Assembly (NCBI GenBank): GCA_032128115.1
Contig: JAQBHB010000014.1
Location: 26,052 to 90,051 of the forward strand
DNA: 64,000 nucleotides
DNA from: Deltaproteobacteria bacterium
GTDB taxonomy: Bacteria; Myxococcota_A; UBA9160; SMWR01
Direction: 5' to 3'
The notes beneath the pieces were generated by a model. That model had not been told where the DNA came from and did not search any database. It saw only the letters and a program-made list of their open reading frames with translations. A program made the position numbers and the translations under genes. Positions 37,870 through 49,725 of this stretch are shown here, piece after piece; the stretch's first letter is position 1; the number at the start of each line of letters is the position of its first letter.

Positions 37870-38858
37870 CAGATCTGCTCGAGAACCCGCACGTCTCCCT
37901 CGAACATGAGACGCAGGTGCGGGAAGCCGAAGCGGAGCATGGCGGTGCGGTCGATGCCCATGCCGAAGGCGAAACCTTGATAGCGCTCGGAGTCGATGCC
38001 ACAGCGCTCCAGCACCTGGGGATGGATCATCCCGCAGCCGCCCCACTCGAGCCATTCGCCGCCGTGGCGCAGGTCCATCTCGGCCGACGGCTCCGTGAAG
38101 GGGAAGTGGTTGGCGCGGAAGCGAAGGTCTGCGCCCTCTCCCATCAGATGACGCGCGAAGGCGTATAGCACGCCCTTGAGATCCCCGAAGCTGACGCGCT
38201 CGTCCACCAGGAAGCCCTCGATCTGGTGGAACATGGGGCTGTGTTTGGGGCTCAGGTCGTGACGGTACACGCGCCCGGGAGCAATGAAGCGAAACGGGGG
38301 CGTGCGCCCGGTCATGGCCCGGATCTGCACGTTCGACGTGTGGGTGCGCAGGAGGTTGCCGCCCTCCACGTAGAAGGTGTCCTGCTCGTCGCGGGCCGGA
38401 TGATCCGCCGGGATGTTGAGCGCCTCGAAGTTGTGGTAGTCGGTTTCCACCTCGGGCCCCTCCTCGACAGAGAATCCCATGGCCGTGAAGAAGCCCACCA
38501 TGTCGCGGGTCACCTGGGTGATGGGATTCAGGTGGCCCGGCGGCGGCCCCGCGCCCGGCAGCGTCACGTCGAACTCGCGCCCCTCGAGCGACTGCGCCCG
38601 GTCGGCCCGCTCGAGCGCGTCGCGGCGGCCCGCGACCCACTCCTCGATCCGCTGCTTGACGGTATTGGCCAACTGGCCCACCCGCGCGCGTTCCTCGGCG
38701 CCGAGAGCGCCGATACCCCGCAGCAGCTGGGACACGCTTCCCTTGCGCCCGAGGAAACGAGCGCGCACCTGGGTGAGGGCTTGAAGGTTCTCCGCCGCCA
38801 CGATCGCGTCGCGGGCTTCCGCCTCCAGCGCCTCCAGGTTCTCCAGCCCCGCCGTCAT
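37869..38858 (-). CDS. pheS: Phenylalanine-tRNA ligase alpha subunit
   Basis: NFEALNIPADHPARDEQDTFY, LLRTHTS, HSPMFHQIEG, FPFTEPS, GFAFGMGIDR. Confidence 0.98.
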   Translation of the reverse strand: MTAGLENLEALEAEARDAIVAAENLQALTQVRARFLGRKGSVSQLLRGIGALGAEERARVGQLANTVKQRIEEWVAGRRDALERADRAQSLEGREFDVTLPGAGPPPGHLNPITQVTRDMVGFFTAMGFSVEEGPEVETDYHNFEALNIPADHPARDEQDTFYVEGGNLLRTHTSNVQIRAMTGRTPPFRFIAPGRVYRHDLSPKHSPMFHQIEGFLVDERVSFGDLKGVLYAFARHLMGEGADLRFRANHFPFTEPSAEMDLRHGGEWLEWGGCGMIHPQVLERCGIDSERYQGFAFGMGIDRTAMLRFGFPHLRLMFEGDVRVLEQI

Positions 38859-38871
38859 GGGCGAGGGCTTC

Positions 38872-39228
38872 CTAGGCGACCTTGGATTTCGCCAGCGCCG
38901 CCAGCTCCCCGAAGGCTTTCGGGTCTTCCACGGCCAGCTGCGCGAGCACCTTGCGGTCGACTTCGACCTCGGCCTTCAGGAGGCCGTTCATGAAGCGACT
39001 GTAGGAGAGGCCGTGCACACGGGCCGCGGCGTTGATGCGCACGATCCACAGCGCACGGAACTGACGCTTTCGCTGCTTGCGGTCGCGGTAGGCGTACTTC
39101 CAGCCCTTCTCCACGGCTTCGCGTGCAGTCTTGATCAGTTTGCTGCGCGCACCGTAGTAACCCCGCGCTTCGCGCAGGATCCGCTTCTTCCTCTTGCTGG
39201 CAGCAACACCGCGTTTGACTCGCGGCAT
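38872..39228 (-). CDS. rplT: 50S ribosomal protein L20
   Basis: [30 protein letters not shown]. Confidence 0.99.
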   Translation of the reverse strand: MPRVKRGVAASKRKKRILREARGYYGARSKLIKTAREAVEKGWKYAYRDRKQRKRQFRALWIVRINAAARVHGLSYSRFMNGLLKAEVEVDRKVLAQLAVEDPKAFGELAALAKSKVA

Positions 39229-39261
39229 GGCGTTCCCCTTTCGCGATCTTCGTCCGGTTTC

Positions 39262-39459
39262 CTAGAGACTCGGCAACATCTGCTTCAGGCGCTTCTGGTC
39301 CACGGCTGCCACCACCGCGCCCTTGCGCAGCTGGCGCTTCCGCTTGGCCGACTTCTTGGTGAGGATGTGCTGCTTGTTGGCCCGCGAGTGCACGATCTTC
39401 CCCGTGCCCGTCTTCTTGAAGCGCTTGGCGGCGCCGCGGTGCGTCTTCATCTTCGGCAT
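39262..39459 (-). CDS. rpmI: 50S ribosomal protein L35
   Basis: [21 protein letters not shown]. Confidence 0.99.
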   Translation of the reverse strand: MPKMKTHRGAAKRFKKTGTGKIVHSRANKQHILTKKSAKRKRQLRKGAVVAAVDQKRLKQMLPSL

Positions 39460-39460
39460 C

Positions 39461-40078
39461 TCACTCTCCTTCGGACGTCGCCGACTCCACGGCCGCCTCC
39501 GCCGCCTTCTCGGCCCGGGTGACCTCCCGCTGGGCTTCGGCCACCACCTCGCGGTTGGGCACCAGGATCATCGACAGGAAGCGACCCTCCATGCGCGGCG
39601 GGTTCTCCACGCTGGCCAGCGGCCCGATCATCTGCGTGACCCGTTCCAGCTGCTGGCGGCCGATCTGCCGGTGCACCATCTCGCGTCCCCGATACATCAC
39701 CGTGACCTTCACCTTGTCGCCATCCATCAGGAAGCGACAGGCGTTCTTCACCTTGAATTCGAGGTCGTGGTCGTCGGTGCGGGGCCTGAGCTTCACTTCC
39801 TTGAGCGAAGCCGCGTGTCCCTTCCCCTTCCCCGTTTTCTTCTTCTGCTCGTACTTGTAGCGCCCGTAGTCCATGATCCGACATACGGGCGGCTTCGAGC
39901 CCGGGGCGACTTCCACGAGATCGAGGCCCTCTTCCACGGCTTTCTGCAGCGCGTCTTCGGGTCTCATCACGCCCAGCTGCTCCCCCCCGCTTCCGATCAC
40001 CCGGATCTCGGGGTCACGGATGCGTTCGTTGATCCTGGGCCCAGTTTCCTTCTTGGCGACTCGTCTAATCTCGGCGAT
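39461..40078 (-). CDS. infC: Translation initiation factor IF-3 (non-canonical ATC start)
   Basis: [44 protein letters not shown] at 40087-40092, 8 nt before in-frame ATC 40078. Confidence 0.95.
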   Translation of the reverse strand: MAEIRRVAKKETGPRINERIRDPEIRVIGSGGEQLGVMRPEDALQKAVEEGLDLVEVAPGSKPPVCRIMDYGRYKYEQKKKTGKGKGHAASLKEVKLRPRTDDHDLEFKVKNACRFLMDGDKVKVTVMYRGREMVHRQIGRQQLERVTQMIGPLASVENPPRMEGRFLSMILVPNREVVAEAQREVTRAEKAAEAAVESATSEGE

Positions 40079-40090
40079 GCGTTCGGCCTC

Positions 40091-42031
40091 CTATGCGGCG
40101 CGCGGTTGGCCCCGCGCCTCGATTTCCCGCACCAGCTCCGCCACGAGGGCGTCCAACGGCACGGCGTTGCTCGCGCCTTGCGAGCCGTGTCGGCGACGGG
40201 GAGTCACGGTCCCCCGATCTTCCTCCTGATCGCCGACGACCAACATGATGGGAATCTTTCGAACTTCCGCCTCCCGGATCTTGAATCCGAGCTTCTCGTT
40301 GCGGGAGTCCACGCCCGCGCGGACGCCGGCATCCACCAGCTTCTGCGCCACGCTGCGGGCGTATCCTAGATGCCGCTCGGCGATTGGCAAGACCCGAGCC
40401 TGCTCGGGAGCCAGCCAGAGCGGGAAATCCCCCCCGGTCTTCTCGATATAGAGGGCGATGAAGCGCTCGAGCGACCCCAGGACGGCCCGGTGGAGCATGG
40501 CGGGCTGGTGGAGGTCCCCGTCGGAGCCCACGTATTGCAGGCCGAATCGGCCCGGCATGGCCACGTCGATCTGGAGGGTGGCCAGGGTCCAGGGGCGGCC
40601 CAGTACGTCCCGGAAGTCGAACTCCACCTTGGGGGCGTAGAAGGCCGCGGCGCCCGGCTTGAGGATGCAGTCGAAGCCGGCCCGCTCCACCGCCTCCTGC
40701 AGGGTGCGCTCGGCCACGTCCCAGTCGGCCGGATCGCCGGCGAACTCCTCGCCCCGGGTGGATACACCCACCTCGACCCCGGTGAGGCCCAGGGCCTCGT
40801 AGACCTCGCGGGTCATGGCGAAGAAGGCGTCGAGCTCCTCGGGCACCTGGCTCGGCTCGCAGAAGATGTGGCCGTCGTCCTGGGCCATGGATCGCACCCG
40901 CGACAGGCCCGTCAGCGTGCCACTGCGCTCGTTGCGGTGCAGACGCGAGAACTCGGCCATGCGCACCGGCAGCTCGCGATACGAGTGCTTGTGGCTCTGG
41001 AACAGGTGGCAGTGGCCCGGGCAGTTCATGGGCTTGAGCGCCAGCTCTTCGCCCTCGTCGCCCTCGAGCAGGAACATGTCATCACCGAACAGCTCGTAGT
41101 GTCCCGAGATCTTGAACAACTCGGTCCGGAACAGCTGGGGCGTGATCACCTCCTGGTAGCCGTAACGCGGATACAGGGATCGGATGAAGTCGATCAGGCC
41201 GTTGTAGAGCAGCACGCCCTTGGGCAGATAGAACGGGGAACCCGGCGAGATGGCGTCGATCTGGAACAGCTCGAGATCCGTGCCCACGCGCCGATGATCG
41301 CGGCGCCTGGCCTCTTCCAGGCGCTCCAGGTGTTCTTCCAGTTCCGCCCGGGACGCGAAGGCCGTGCCGTAGATCCGCTGCAGCATGGGATTGCGCTCAT
41401 CGCCGCGCCAGTAGGACCCCGCCACGTCCGTCAGCTTCCAGGCGCCGATCTGGTCGGCACGCTGAACGTGAGGTCCGCGGCACAGGTCGACGAAGTCGCC
41501 GTGGCGGAACAGTGTGATGTCCTCGCCCTCGGGCACGTCTTCGAGACGCGACACCTTGAGCTCCTCGCCTTGCCCCTGGAACCAGGCGCGCGCCTCGTCG
41601 CGGCTCACCACCTCGCGCGAGAAGGTCGACTTCTCCGCCACGATGGTCCCCATCTCCTTCTCGATGCGCTCCAGGTCTTCGGGCGTGAAGGGGCGTTCCA
41701 CCAGGAAGTCGTACTGGAACTTCTCGGAGTGGTCGCTGCGACCCACATCGATCTGGGCATCGGGAAACAGACGCTTCACGGCGTCGGCCATCACGTGTTC
41801 GGCCGAGTGGCGGATCACCTCGCCCGCGGCCGGATCCTTTTTCGTCACGATCTCGATGGCCGCGTCGTGTCGCAGGGGAACGCGCAGATCCACCAACTGG
41901 CCATCGATGCGGCCCGCGAGCGCAGCGCGAGCCAAGCCCTTGCCGATCTGCCCGGCCACATCGAGCAGGGTCGAGCCTTCGGGCACCCCAAGCGTCTTGC
42001 CATCGGGCAGGCGAACGCGGATCTCGGTCAT
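40091..42031 (-). CDS. thrS: Threonine-tRNA ligase
   Basis: RHSAEH, DLCRGPH, LQRIYG, RDHR, KPMNCPGH, MLHRAVLGSLERF. Confidence 0.98.
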   Translation of the reverse strand: MTEIRVRLPDGKTLGVPEGSTLLDVAGQIGKGLARAALAGRIDGQLVDLRVPLRHDAAIEIVTKKDPAAGEVIRHSAEHVMADAVKRLFPDAQIDVGRSDHSEKFQYDFLVERPFTPEDLERIEKEMGTIVAEKSTFSREVVSRDEARAWFQGQGEELKVSRLEDVPEGEDITLFRHGDFVDLCRGPHVQRADQIGAWKLTDVAGSYWRGDERNPMLQRIYGTAFASRAELEEHLERLEEARRRDHRRVGTDLELFQIDAISPGSPFYLPKGVLLYNGLIDFIRSLYPRYGYQEVITPQLFRTELFKISGHYELFGDDMFLLEGDEGEELALKPMNCPGHCHLFQSHKHSYRELPVRMAEFSRLHRNERSGTLTGLSRVRSMAQDDGHIFCEPSQVPEELDAFFAMTREVYEALGLTGVEVGVSTRGEEFAGDPADWDVAERTLQEAVERAGFDCILKPGAAAFYAPKVEFDFRDVLGRPWTLATLQIDVAMPGRFGLQYVGSDGDLHQPAMLHRAVLGSLERFIALYIEKTGGDFPLWLAPEQARVLPIAERHLGYARSVAQKLVDAGVRAGVDSRNEKLGFKIREAEVRKIPIMLVVGDQEEDRGTVTPRRRHGSQGASNAVPLDALVAELVREIEARGQPRAA

Positions 42032-42089
42032 TGACGCGGGCGAATCATGCTGCTGTCGGTCCTTCCGATCGTCACGCCGGGCGTCACAC

Positions 42090-42164
42090 TGGTAGGCACG
42101 GGCGGGATTGAACCGCCGACCTCCGCCGTGTCAAGGCGGCGCTCTCCCACTGAGCTACGTGCCT
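42090..42164 (-). tRNA. tRNA-Val(GAC)
   Basis: AGGCACG-TAGCTCAGTGGGAGAGC..CCGCC-TTGACAC-GGCGG..GTTCAAT..CGTGCCT-A-CCA. Confidence 0.97.
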
Positions 42165-42210
42165 GTCCTTTGTAAGGACGCGAAATCAATACCGATTTCG
42201 ATCTGGGGTG

Positions 42211-42966
42211 TCAATCGCCGCGAGCTCCGCCCGCCGCGGCCGGAGCCGCGATCTGGTGGATCCGCACCACGATCGTGCGACGGTCGGTGGCCAGGGGAGT
42301 GATCTCCAGGGTGGGCGGGGCCGCGGCCAGCATGGCCTCCAGCAGGGCATCGGGACGGCGATCCCCGTCCACCTCCATCACCGCGCGTCCGGGCTCCATC
42401 TCCACCGGCAGTGCCGAGCGCACCCCCAGATCGTCCACCAGCAGGCGCTGGAGCGCCGCGAAATCGGCGTAACTGGCCAGATCCTCGATCACCAGATGGA
42501 CCCGCACCCGGCGGGCCTCTCCGGCGGGCTCCAGCAGTCCGGTCATCTCCAGGCGCCGACGCACCCGGTTCACGTCCACGTGAACCATCACCACCACCAC
42601 GTACTCGGTCGCCACATCCGGGTCCTCGGTGAAGAGCGCCGGGCGCTCGCCCCGATCTTCCAGGATCCGGAAGCTCGTGGCGTAGGCGAGCGGATCGTTG
42701 CCGAGCAGGTCGGACAGGGAGACCTTGGCCTCCATCGGGTCGTAGTCGGGCAGCAGATCGAGAGCCACCCGCAACACCGCATCGGATAGCGCCCGCTTGA
42801 GCGCGGCATCTCGCGGTGGACGCGCCGCCGGCCCATCACCCAGCGGGATCGCGCCCACTGCCTCCATCTCGCGGATCTCGGTCGGGGCGGCCCAGGCGGA
42901 CCCGGTCGGCGGGCCCAGCCCAAGCACCACCGCCGCGGCGACACCGGCTACAAGTCTCGACCTCAT
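42211..42966 (-). CDS. Secreted hypothetical protein (FlgT-N/LPP20-like N-domain possible)
   Basis: ATGA overlap with dnaE stop; signal peptide ..SAWA; RDAALKRALSDAV..SFRILED..YVVVVMVHVD pattern. Confidence 0.65.
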   Translation of the reverse strand: MRSRLVAGVAAAVVLGLGPPTGSAWAAPTEIREMEAVGAIPLGDGPAARPPRDAALKRALSDAVLRVALDLLPDYDPMEAKVSLSDLLGNDPLAYATSFRILEDRGERPALFTEDPDVATEYVVVVMVHVDVNRVRRRLEMTGLLEPAGEARRVRVHLVIEDLASYADFAALQRLLVDDLGVRSALPVEMEPGRAVMEVDGDRRPDALLEAMLAAAPPTLEITPLATDRRTIVVRIHQIAAPAAAGGARGD

Positions 42967-45900
42967 GCGCCCAGCTCCGTCACCTTGCGTCCGAACAGCT
43001 CGTCTACCTCCTGGCACAGGTTCGAGTCGGGGCGCACCCCCGCCAGGTGCGGAAGCCCAAGCACGGTCTCGCTCTCGCCCGGAATCACCACGTGCACGGC
43101 CACGCTGCACGCTCCAGGTTTGCGCTCCAGCAGGCTGCGCAGTGCCATCAGCCGGTCGCGGGTCACCTCGCCGGCCACCACCCGCACCCGGAGCTGGGTG
43201 GAAAGGCGCTCCTCGGCGCGATCGAGTTCGATCACCTCCCGCACCAGGATCTTGGGAACCTCGCCCCCGCTCTCGAGGCTCCCACTGACCAACAGCGGCA
43301 CCGGCCCCGCCTGTTCGGCGTCTGCCATGGCCGCCTTGAGCATCCCCGAAAACTGGGCGTAGGTCTCGGCAAAGATCACCAGATCGAAGGTCCCCTCCAG
43401 ATCTTCCAGGGTACCGAAGGCCATCAGGGCGCCACGGCGGGTGCGTGTCTCGCGCATGGAGGTCAGCAGGCCGCCCGCCCGCACCTCCCTGCCCTCGCGA
43501 CCCTCCACGGCGTCGGATCGGATGTCGGCAAAGCGACGCAGGCGGGATTCGGCAGCGGCCAGGGGGTGGCCGGTGACGTAGAAGCCCAGCACCTCCCGCT
43601 CCGAGGCCAGCCGCTGGCGGTCGGTCCACTCGGGCGCCTCGGGCAGCGCGGGCTCGGCCACCACCTCGCCGCCCGCGAAACCGAACAGACTCTCCTGGCC
43701 GATGGCGCGATCGCGCTGGGCGGCCGCGCCGGACTCCAGGGCCGGGTCGAGGGCGGCCCATACGGCGGCCCGGTTCGCGTGCATCGAGTCGAAGCCCCCG
43801 CATTTCACGAGGCTCTCCACCACCCGCCGGTTCACCTTGCGGCCATCGATGCGGCCGGCGAAGTCGAACAGGCTGCGGAAGCCCCGGGGCTCGTCGCCTC
43901 GGGCCTCCAGGATCGACTCGATGGCGCCGGCGCCCACGTTCTTCACGCCGGAGAGCCCGAAGCGAATGCCCTCCTCCACCACGGTGAAGGCGCTGGACGA
44001 CTGGTTTACACACGGGGGCAACACGTTCACGTTCAGCTGCCGGGTATGGGCGATGTAGCGGGCGAGCTTGTCGTTGTTGCCCGACTCGGTGGTCAGGAGC
44101 GACGCCAGGTACTCGCGCGGGTAGTTGGCCTTCAGATAGGCCGTCTGGTACGTGATCAGGGCGTAGGCGGTGGAGTGGGATTTCGCGAAGCCGTAGCCCG
44201 CGAACTCGGCCATCAGCTTGAAAACCTCTTCCGCCTTGCGCCGCTCGATGTTGCGCTCGACGCAGCCGGACACGAAGCGCTCGCGCTGCTTGGCCATCTC
44301 CTTGGGCTTCTTCTTGCCCATGGCGCGTCGCAGCAGGTCGGCTTCACCCAGGCTGTAGCCGGCCAGACGGTTGGCGATCTGGAGCACCTGGTCCTGGTAG
44401 ACGATCACCCCCAGGGTCTCGGCGGTGAGCTCCTCCAACTCCGGCAGCAGGTATTCCACCGGGGTCAGCCCGTGCTTCCGGTTGATGTAGTCGTCCACCA
44501 TCCCGGAACCCAGGGGCCCCGGCCGATATAGCGCCACGATGGGGATCAGCTCCTTGAACGAACGCGGCTTGAGCTTCACCACCAGATCGGTCATGCCGCT
44601 GGATTCCACCTGGAAGACACCTTCGGTGTTGCCGCTGGCGAGCAGCTCATAGGTGGCGGCGTCGTCCAGCGGAATCGTCTCCACGCCGAAGTCCGGGTCG
44701 CGGCTCTCGCGCACGCGCCGCTCGGCATCCGCCAACGTGGTGAGCGTCTTGAGGCCCAGGAAATCGAATTTGATCAGGCCCAGCTTCTCGATGCAGCGCA
44801 TGTCGAACTGGGTCACGATGTCGCCGGAACGGGGGTCCTTGTAGAGGGGCACGGATTCGATCAGGGGTCCGGTGCCGATCACGACGCCCGCTGCATGGGT
44901 CGAGGCGTGGCGCGTGAGCCCCTCGAGCCGCTGGGCGGTCTTCATCAGGCGCGCCACCTGGCCGTCGTTCTGCATGCGCACCCGCAGATCCGCCGACTGC
45001 TGGATGGCCTCTTCGAGGCTGATTCCCAGGGTATCGGGCACCAGCTTCGCGATGCGATCCACGTCGGCGTAGGCCATGCCCAGCACCCGGCCCACGTCGC
45101 GGATCGCGGCCTTTGCCTGCAGCTTTCCGAAGGTGATGATCTGGGCGACGCGCTTGCCTTCGTACCCCTCGCCGTCGTACTTGTCGGCCACATAGCGGAT
45201 CACCTGGTCGCGCCCGCGCATGCAGAAGTCCACGTCGATGTCGGGCATGGAGACGCGCTCTGGGTTCAAGAACCGCTCGAATATGATGTCGTACTCGATT
45301 GGATCTACTCCGGTAATCCCAAGTCCGTAGGCCACGAGACTGCCCGCCGAGGAGCCGCGACCGGGGCCCACCGGAATCGAGTTGCGGCGCGCAAAGTCGA
45401 TGAAGTCGGCCACGATCAGGAAGTAGCCGGCGAAACCCATGCTGTTGATGACGGAAAGCTCGTGGGCCATGCGCGCTTCGTATTCGGTGTAGCCCTTCGG
45501 AACCGGGCCCTCCGAGTCGAGCCCCAGGCGTCGCCGAAGCCCCTGCCAGGCCTGGTCCTGCAGCACCCCCTCGCGAGTCTGTCCGGCCGGAACCTGGAAC
45601 TCGGGCAGGTGGTACACGCCGGTGTCGAGGCCCAACTCCAGGTTGCAGCGCTCGGCCACCTCCAAGGTGTTCGTCAGCGCCGAGGGGTGATCCCGGAAGA
45701 CCTCTGCCATCTCTTCGCCCGACTTCACATAGAAGCCGTCGCCGTCGAAGCGAAAGCGGTTGGGATCGTCCAGGTTGGTGCCGGTGCCGATGCAGAGCAG
45801 CGCATCGTGATGGGGATGGTCGCCGTGCTCGAGATAGTGGGCGTCGTTGGTGGCCAGCAGCGGGAGATTCAGGTCGCTCGACATCTTGATCAGCTCGGCG

Positions 45901-46478
45901 TTCACCTGGTCCTGCATGCCCAGTCCGTGTCGCTGCAGTTCCAGGTAGTAGCGGCCCGGGAACATCCGCGAGAAGTCCTCCACCAGCCGCCAGGCGGTGT
46001 CGTTCTGGTGGTTCAGGATGGCGCGGCTCACCATGGAAGAGAGACAGCCGGAGGTGGCGATCAGGCCCTCGCTGTGCTTGCGCAGCAGGTCGAGATCGAT
46101 GCGGGGCTTGTAGTAGAAGCCCTCCAGATATCCCTTGGAGACCAGGATCACCAGGTTGCGATACCCGGTCTCGTTCATGGCCAGGAGAACCAGGTGGTTG
46201 ATGGCGTCGAAACCGTTGGAGTCGCGGTCGCGGGCCTCCTTGTCGAAGCGCGAGCCGGAGGCCACGTAGACTTCGCAACCGATGATGGGCTTCACGTGGT
46301 TGCGCCGGGCGGCTTCGTAGAACTCCACCGCGCCGAACAGGTTGCCGTGATCGGTGAGCCCCACGGCGGGCATGCCCAGCTCGCGTGCCCGCTGGAAGAG
46401 CGGATCGATCTTGATGGCGCCATCGAGCAGCGAATACTGGCTGTGGAGGTGCAGGTGAACGAACGGAGTGTGGGCCAC
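42963..46478 (-). CDS. dnaE: DNA polymerase III alpha subunit
   Basis: FVHLHLHSQYSLLDG, GPGRGSSAGS, SMPDIDVDF, GLIKFDFLGL, FAGYGFAKSHS. Confidence 0.98.
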   Translation of the reverse strand: MAHTPFVHLHLHSQYSLLDGAIKIDPLFQRARELGMPAVGLTDHGNLFGAVEFYEAARRNHVKPIIGCEVYVASGSRFDKEARDRDSNGFDAINHLVLLAMNETGYRNLVILVSKGYLEGFYYKPRIDLDLLRKHSEGLIATSGCLSSMVSRAILNHQNDTAWRLVEDFSRMFPGRYYLELQRHGLGMQDQVNAELIKMSSDLNLPLLATNDAHYLEHGDHPHHDALLCIGTGTNLDDPNRFRFDGDGFYVKSGEEMAEVFRDHPSALTNTLEVAERCNLELGLDTGVYHLPEFQVPAGQTREGVLQDQAWQGLRRRLGLDSEGPVPKGYTEYEARMAHELSVINSMGFAGYFLIVADFIDFARRNSIPVGPGRGSSAGSLVAYGLGITGVDPIEYDIIFERFLNPERVSMPDIDVDFCMRGRDQVIRYVADKYDGEGYEGKRVAQIITFGKLQAKAAIRDVGRVLGMAYADVDRIAKLVPDTLGISLEEAIQQSADLRVRMQNDGQVARLMKTAQRLEGLTRHASTHAAGVVIGTGPLIESVPLYKDPRSGDIVTQFDMRCIEKLGLIKFDFLGLKTLTTLADAERRVRESRDPDFGVETIPLDDAATYELLASGNTEGVFQVESSGMTDLVVKLKPRSFKELIPIVALYRPGPLGSGMVDDYINRKHGLTPVEYLLPELEELTAETLGVIVYQDQVLQIANRLAGYSLGEADLLRRAMGKKKPKEMAKQRERFVSGCVERNIERRKAEEVFKLMAEFAGYGFAKSHSTAYALITYQTAYLKANYPREYLASLLTTESGNNDKLARYIAHTRQLNVNVLPPCVNQSSSAFTVVEEGIRFGLSGVKNVGAGAIESILEARGDEPRGFRSLFDFAGRIDGRKVNRRVVESLVKCGGFDSMHANRAAVWAALDPALESGAAAQRDRAIGQESLFGFAGGEVVAEPALPEAPEWTDRQRLASEREVLGFYVTGHPLAAAESRLRRFADIRSDAVEGREGREVRAGGLLTSMRETRTRRGALMAFGTLEDLEGTFDLVIFAETYAQFSGMLKAAMADAEQAGPVPLLVSGSLESGGEVPKILVREVIELDRAEERLSTQLRVRVVAGEVTRDRLMALRSLLERKPGACSVAVHVVIPGESETVLGLPHLAGVRPDSNLCQEVDELFGRKVTELGA

Positions 46479-46483
46479 GCCGC

Positions 46484-48052
46484 CTACTCCCACTCGATGG
46501 TGGCGGGAGGCTTCGAGGAAATATCGTATACGACGCGGTTGATGCCCTTGACCTCGTTGATGATGCGATTGGCGATCGTGCGCAGGACGCCATCCGGCAG
46601 CGGCGCCCAATCGGCCGTCATGGCGTCCACCGAGTTCACGCAGCGCACGGCGATGGCGTTCTCGTAGGTGCGCTCATCGCCCATCACTCCCACACTCTTC
46701 ACCGGCAGGTAGACGCCGAACGCCTGCCACAGCTCGTCGTAGAGCCCCGCGCTGCGGATCTCCTCCAGGATGATGGCGTCGGCCCGGCGCAGCCGCGAAA
46801 GCCGCTCGCGGGTGACCTTGCCCACGATGCGAATCGCGAGGCCGGGCCCCGGGAACGGATGCCGCCGGATCGCGGGCTCGGGCAGGCCCAGGCGCCGGCC
46901 CACCTCGCGCACCTCATCCTTGAATAGCTCCCGCAGCGGCTCCACCAGCTGCAGCTGCATGCGCTCGGGCAGCCCTCCCACGTTGTGATGGCTCTTGATG
47001 GTGGCCGAGGGGCCCTTGACCGAGACGCTTTCGATCACATCCGGGTAGAGCGTCCCCTGCACCAGGAAATCGGCGCCGTCCAGGGCGCGGGCCTGCTCCT
47101 CGAAGGCTTCGATGAACAGGTGGCCGATGATGCGGCGCTTGCGCTCCGGGTCGTCGACACCTTCCAGGGCCGACAGGAAGCGGTCCTCGGCGCGCACCGT
47201 CACCAGCGGGATGCCCAGCATCTCGCCGAAGGAGCGCTCCACCTCCTCGCGTTCGCCCTGCCGCAGCAGGCCGTTGTCCACGAAGATGCACTGCAGGCGA
47301 TCGCCGATGGCGCGGTGCACGAGCGCGGCGGCCACAGACGAATCCACGCCGCCCGAGAGCCCGCACACGGCACGCCCACCGCCCACCTGCTGGCGGATGG
47401 CCGCAACCGCCCGATCGATGAAAGCCTGCATGGTCCAGGAGTTGCCGCAGCCGCAGATACCGCGAACGAAGTTCGCCAGGATCTGCGTGCCCCCATCGGT
47501 GTGAACCACCTCCGGATGGAATTGAAGGCCCCAGATGGGCTTCTCGCGGTGGCGCACGGCGGCGAAGGGCGAACTCTCGCTGGTACCCAGGACTTCGAAT
47601 CCGGGGGGCAGGCGCAGAACCCGATCGCCGTGGCTCATCCACACCACGCGTTCCGCGGACCCCAGGCCCGCCAGCAGCGGATCTTCGCGCTCCAGCTTGA
47701 ACAGGGCCCGGCCATACTCGCGATTGTCCGAGCGCTCGACCAGGCCACCCAGCCGGTGGGCCAGCAGCTGCAGGCCGTAGCAGATGCCCAGGACCGGCAT
47801 GCCCAGTTCGACCAGCGCCGGATCCAGGTCCGGCGATCCCTCGTCGAGCACGCTGGAGGGGCCGCCGGAGAGCACGACGCCCGCCGGCGCCCAGTCGCGC
47901 ACCTCGTCCAGGCTGATGTTCCCAGGGCGAATCTCGCAGTAGACCTGCTGCTCGCGGATCCGACGGGCGATCAGCTGGGTGAACTGGGAGCCGTAATCGA
48001 GAATCAGGATGCGGTCCCGTTCGGGACCGCGGCTCTGGGAAGCAGACGTCAT
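46484..48052 (-). CDS. guaA: GMP synthase (glutamine-hydrolysing)
   Basis: [50 protein letters not shown]. Confidence 0.99.
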   Translation of the reverse strand: MTSASQSRGPERDRILILDYGSQFTQLIARRIREQQVYCEIRPGNISLDEVRDWAPAGVVLSGGPSSVLDEGSPDLDPALVELGMPVLGICYGLQLLAHRLGGLVERSDNREYGRALFKLEREDPLLAGLGSAERVVWMSHGDRVLRLPPGFEVLGTSESSPFAAVRHREKPIWGLQFHPEVVHTDGGTQILANFVRGICGCGNSWTMQAFIDRAVAAIRQQVGGGRAVCGLSGGVDSSVAAALVHRAIGDRLQCIFVDNGLLRQGEREEVERSFGEMLGIPLVTVRAEDRFLSALEGVDDPERKRRIIGHLFIEAFEEQARALDGADFLVQGTLYPDVIESVSVKGPSATIKSHHNVGGLPERMQLQLVEPLRELFKDEVREVGRRLGLPEPAIRRHPFPGPGLAIRIVGKVTRERLSRLRRADAIILEEIRSAGLYDELWQAFGVYLPVKSVGVMGDERTYENAIAVRCVNSVDAMTADWAPLPDGVLRTIANRIINEVKGINRVVYDISSKPPATIEWE

Positions 48053-48127
48053 GGGAGCGCACGCGATCCTGGATCCGAGGCGGCCTGGAGGAAGGCCGGC
48101 TTTGCCCTGGGGGGGGCCAACGGGAGC

Positions 48128-49651
<1,524 letters not shown>

Positions 49652-49725
49652 TCAGCATCGCGACGCCGCCCCCCGGATGGGCGCGCAGTTTAGTCGCTGG
49701 TCTGTTCCCGGTCAACCGACCCGAC

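Noticed and set aside
35470..38640. 1056-aa PheT with long N-terminal extension
   Set aside because: Extension is an alternative frame over pheS; the real start is ATG 37869 (MKLSLDWL).
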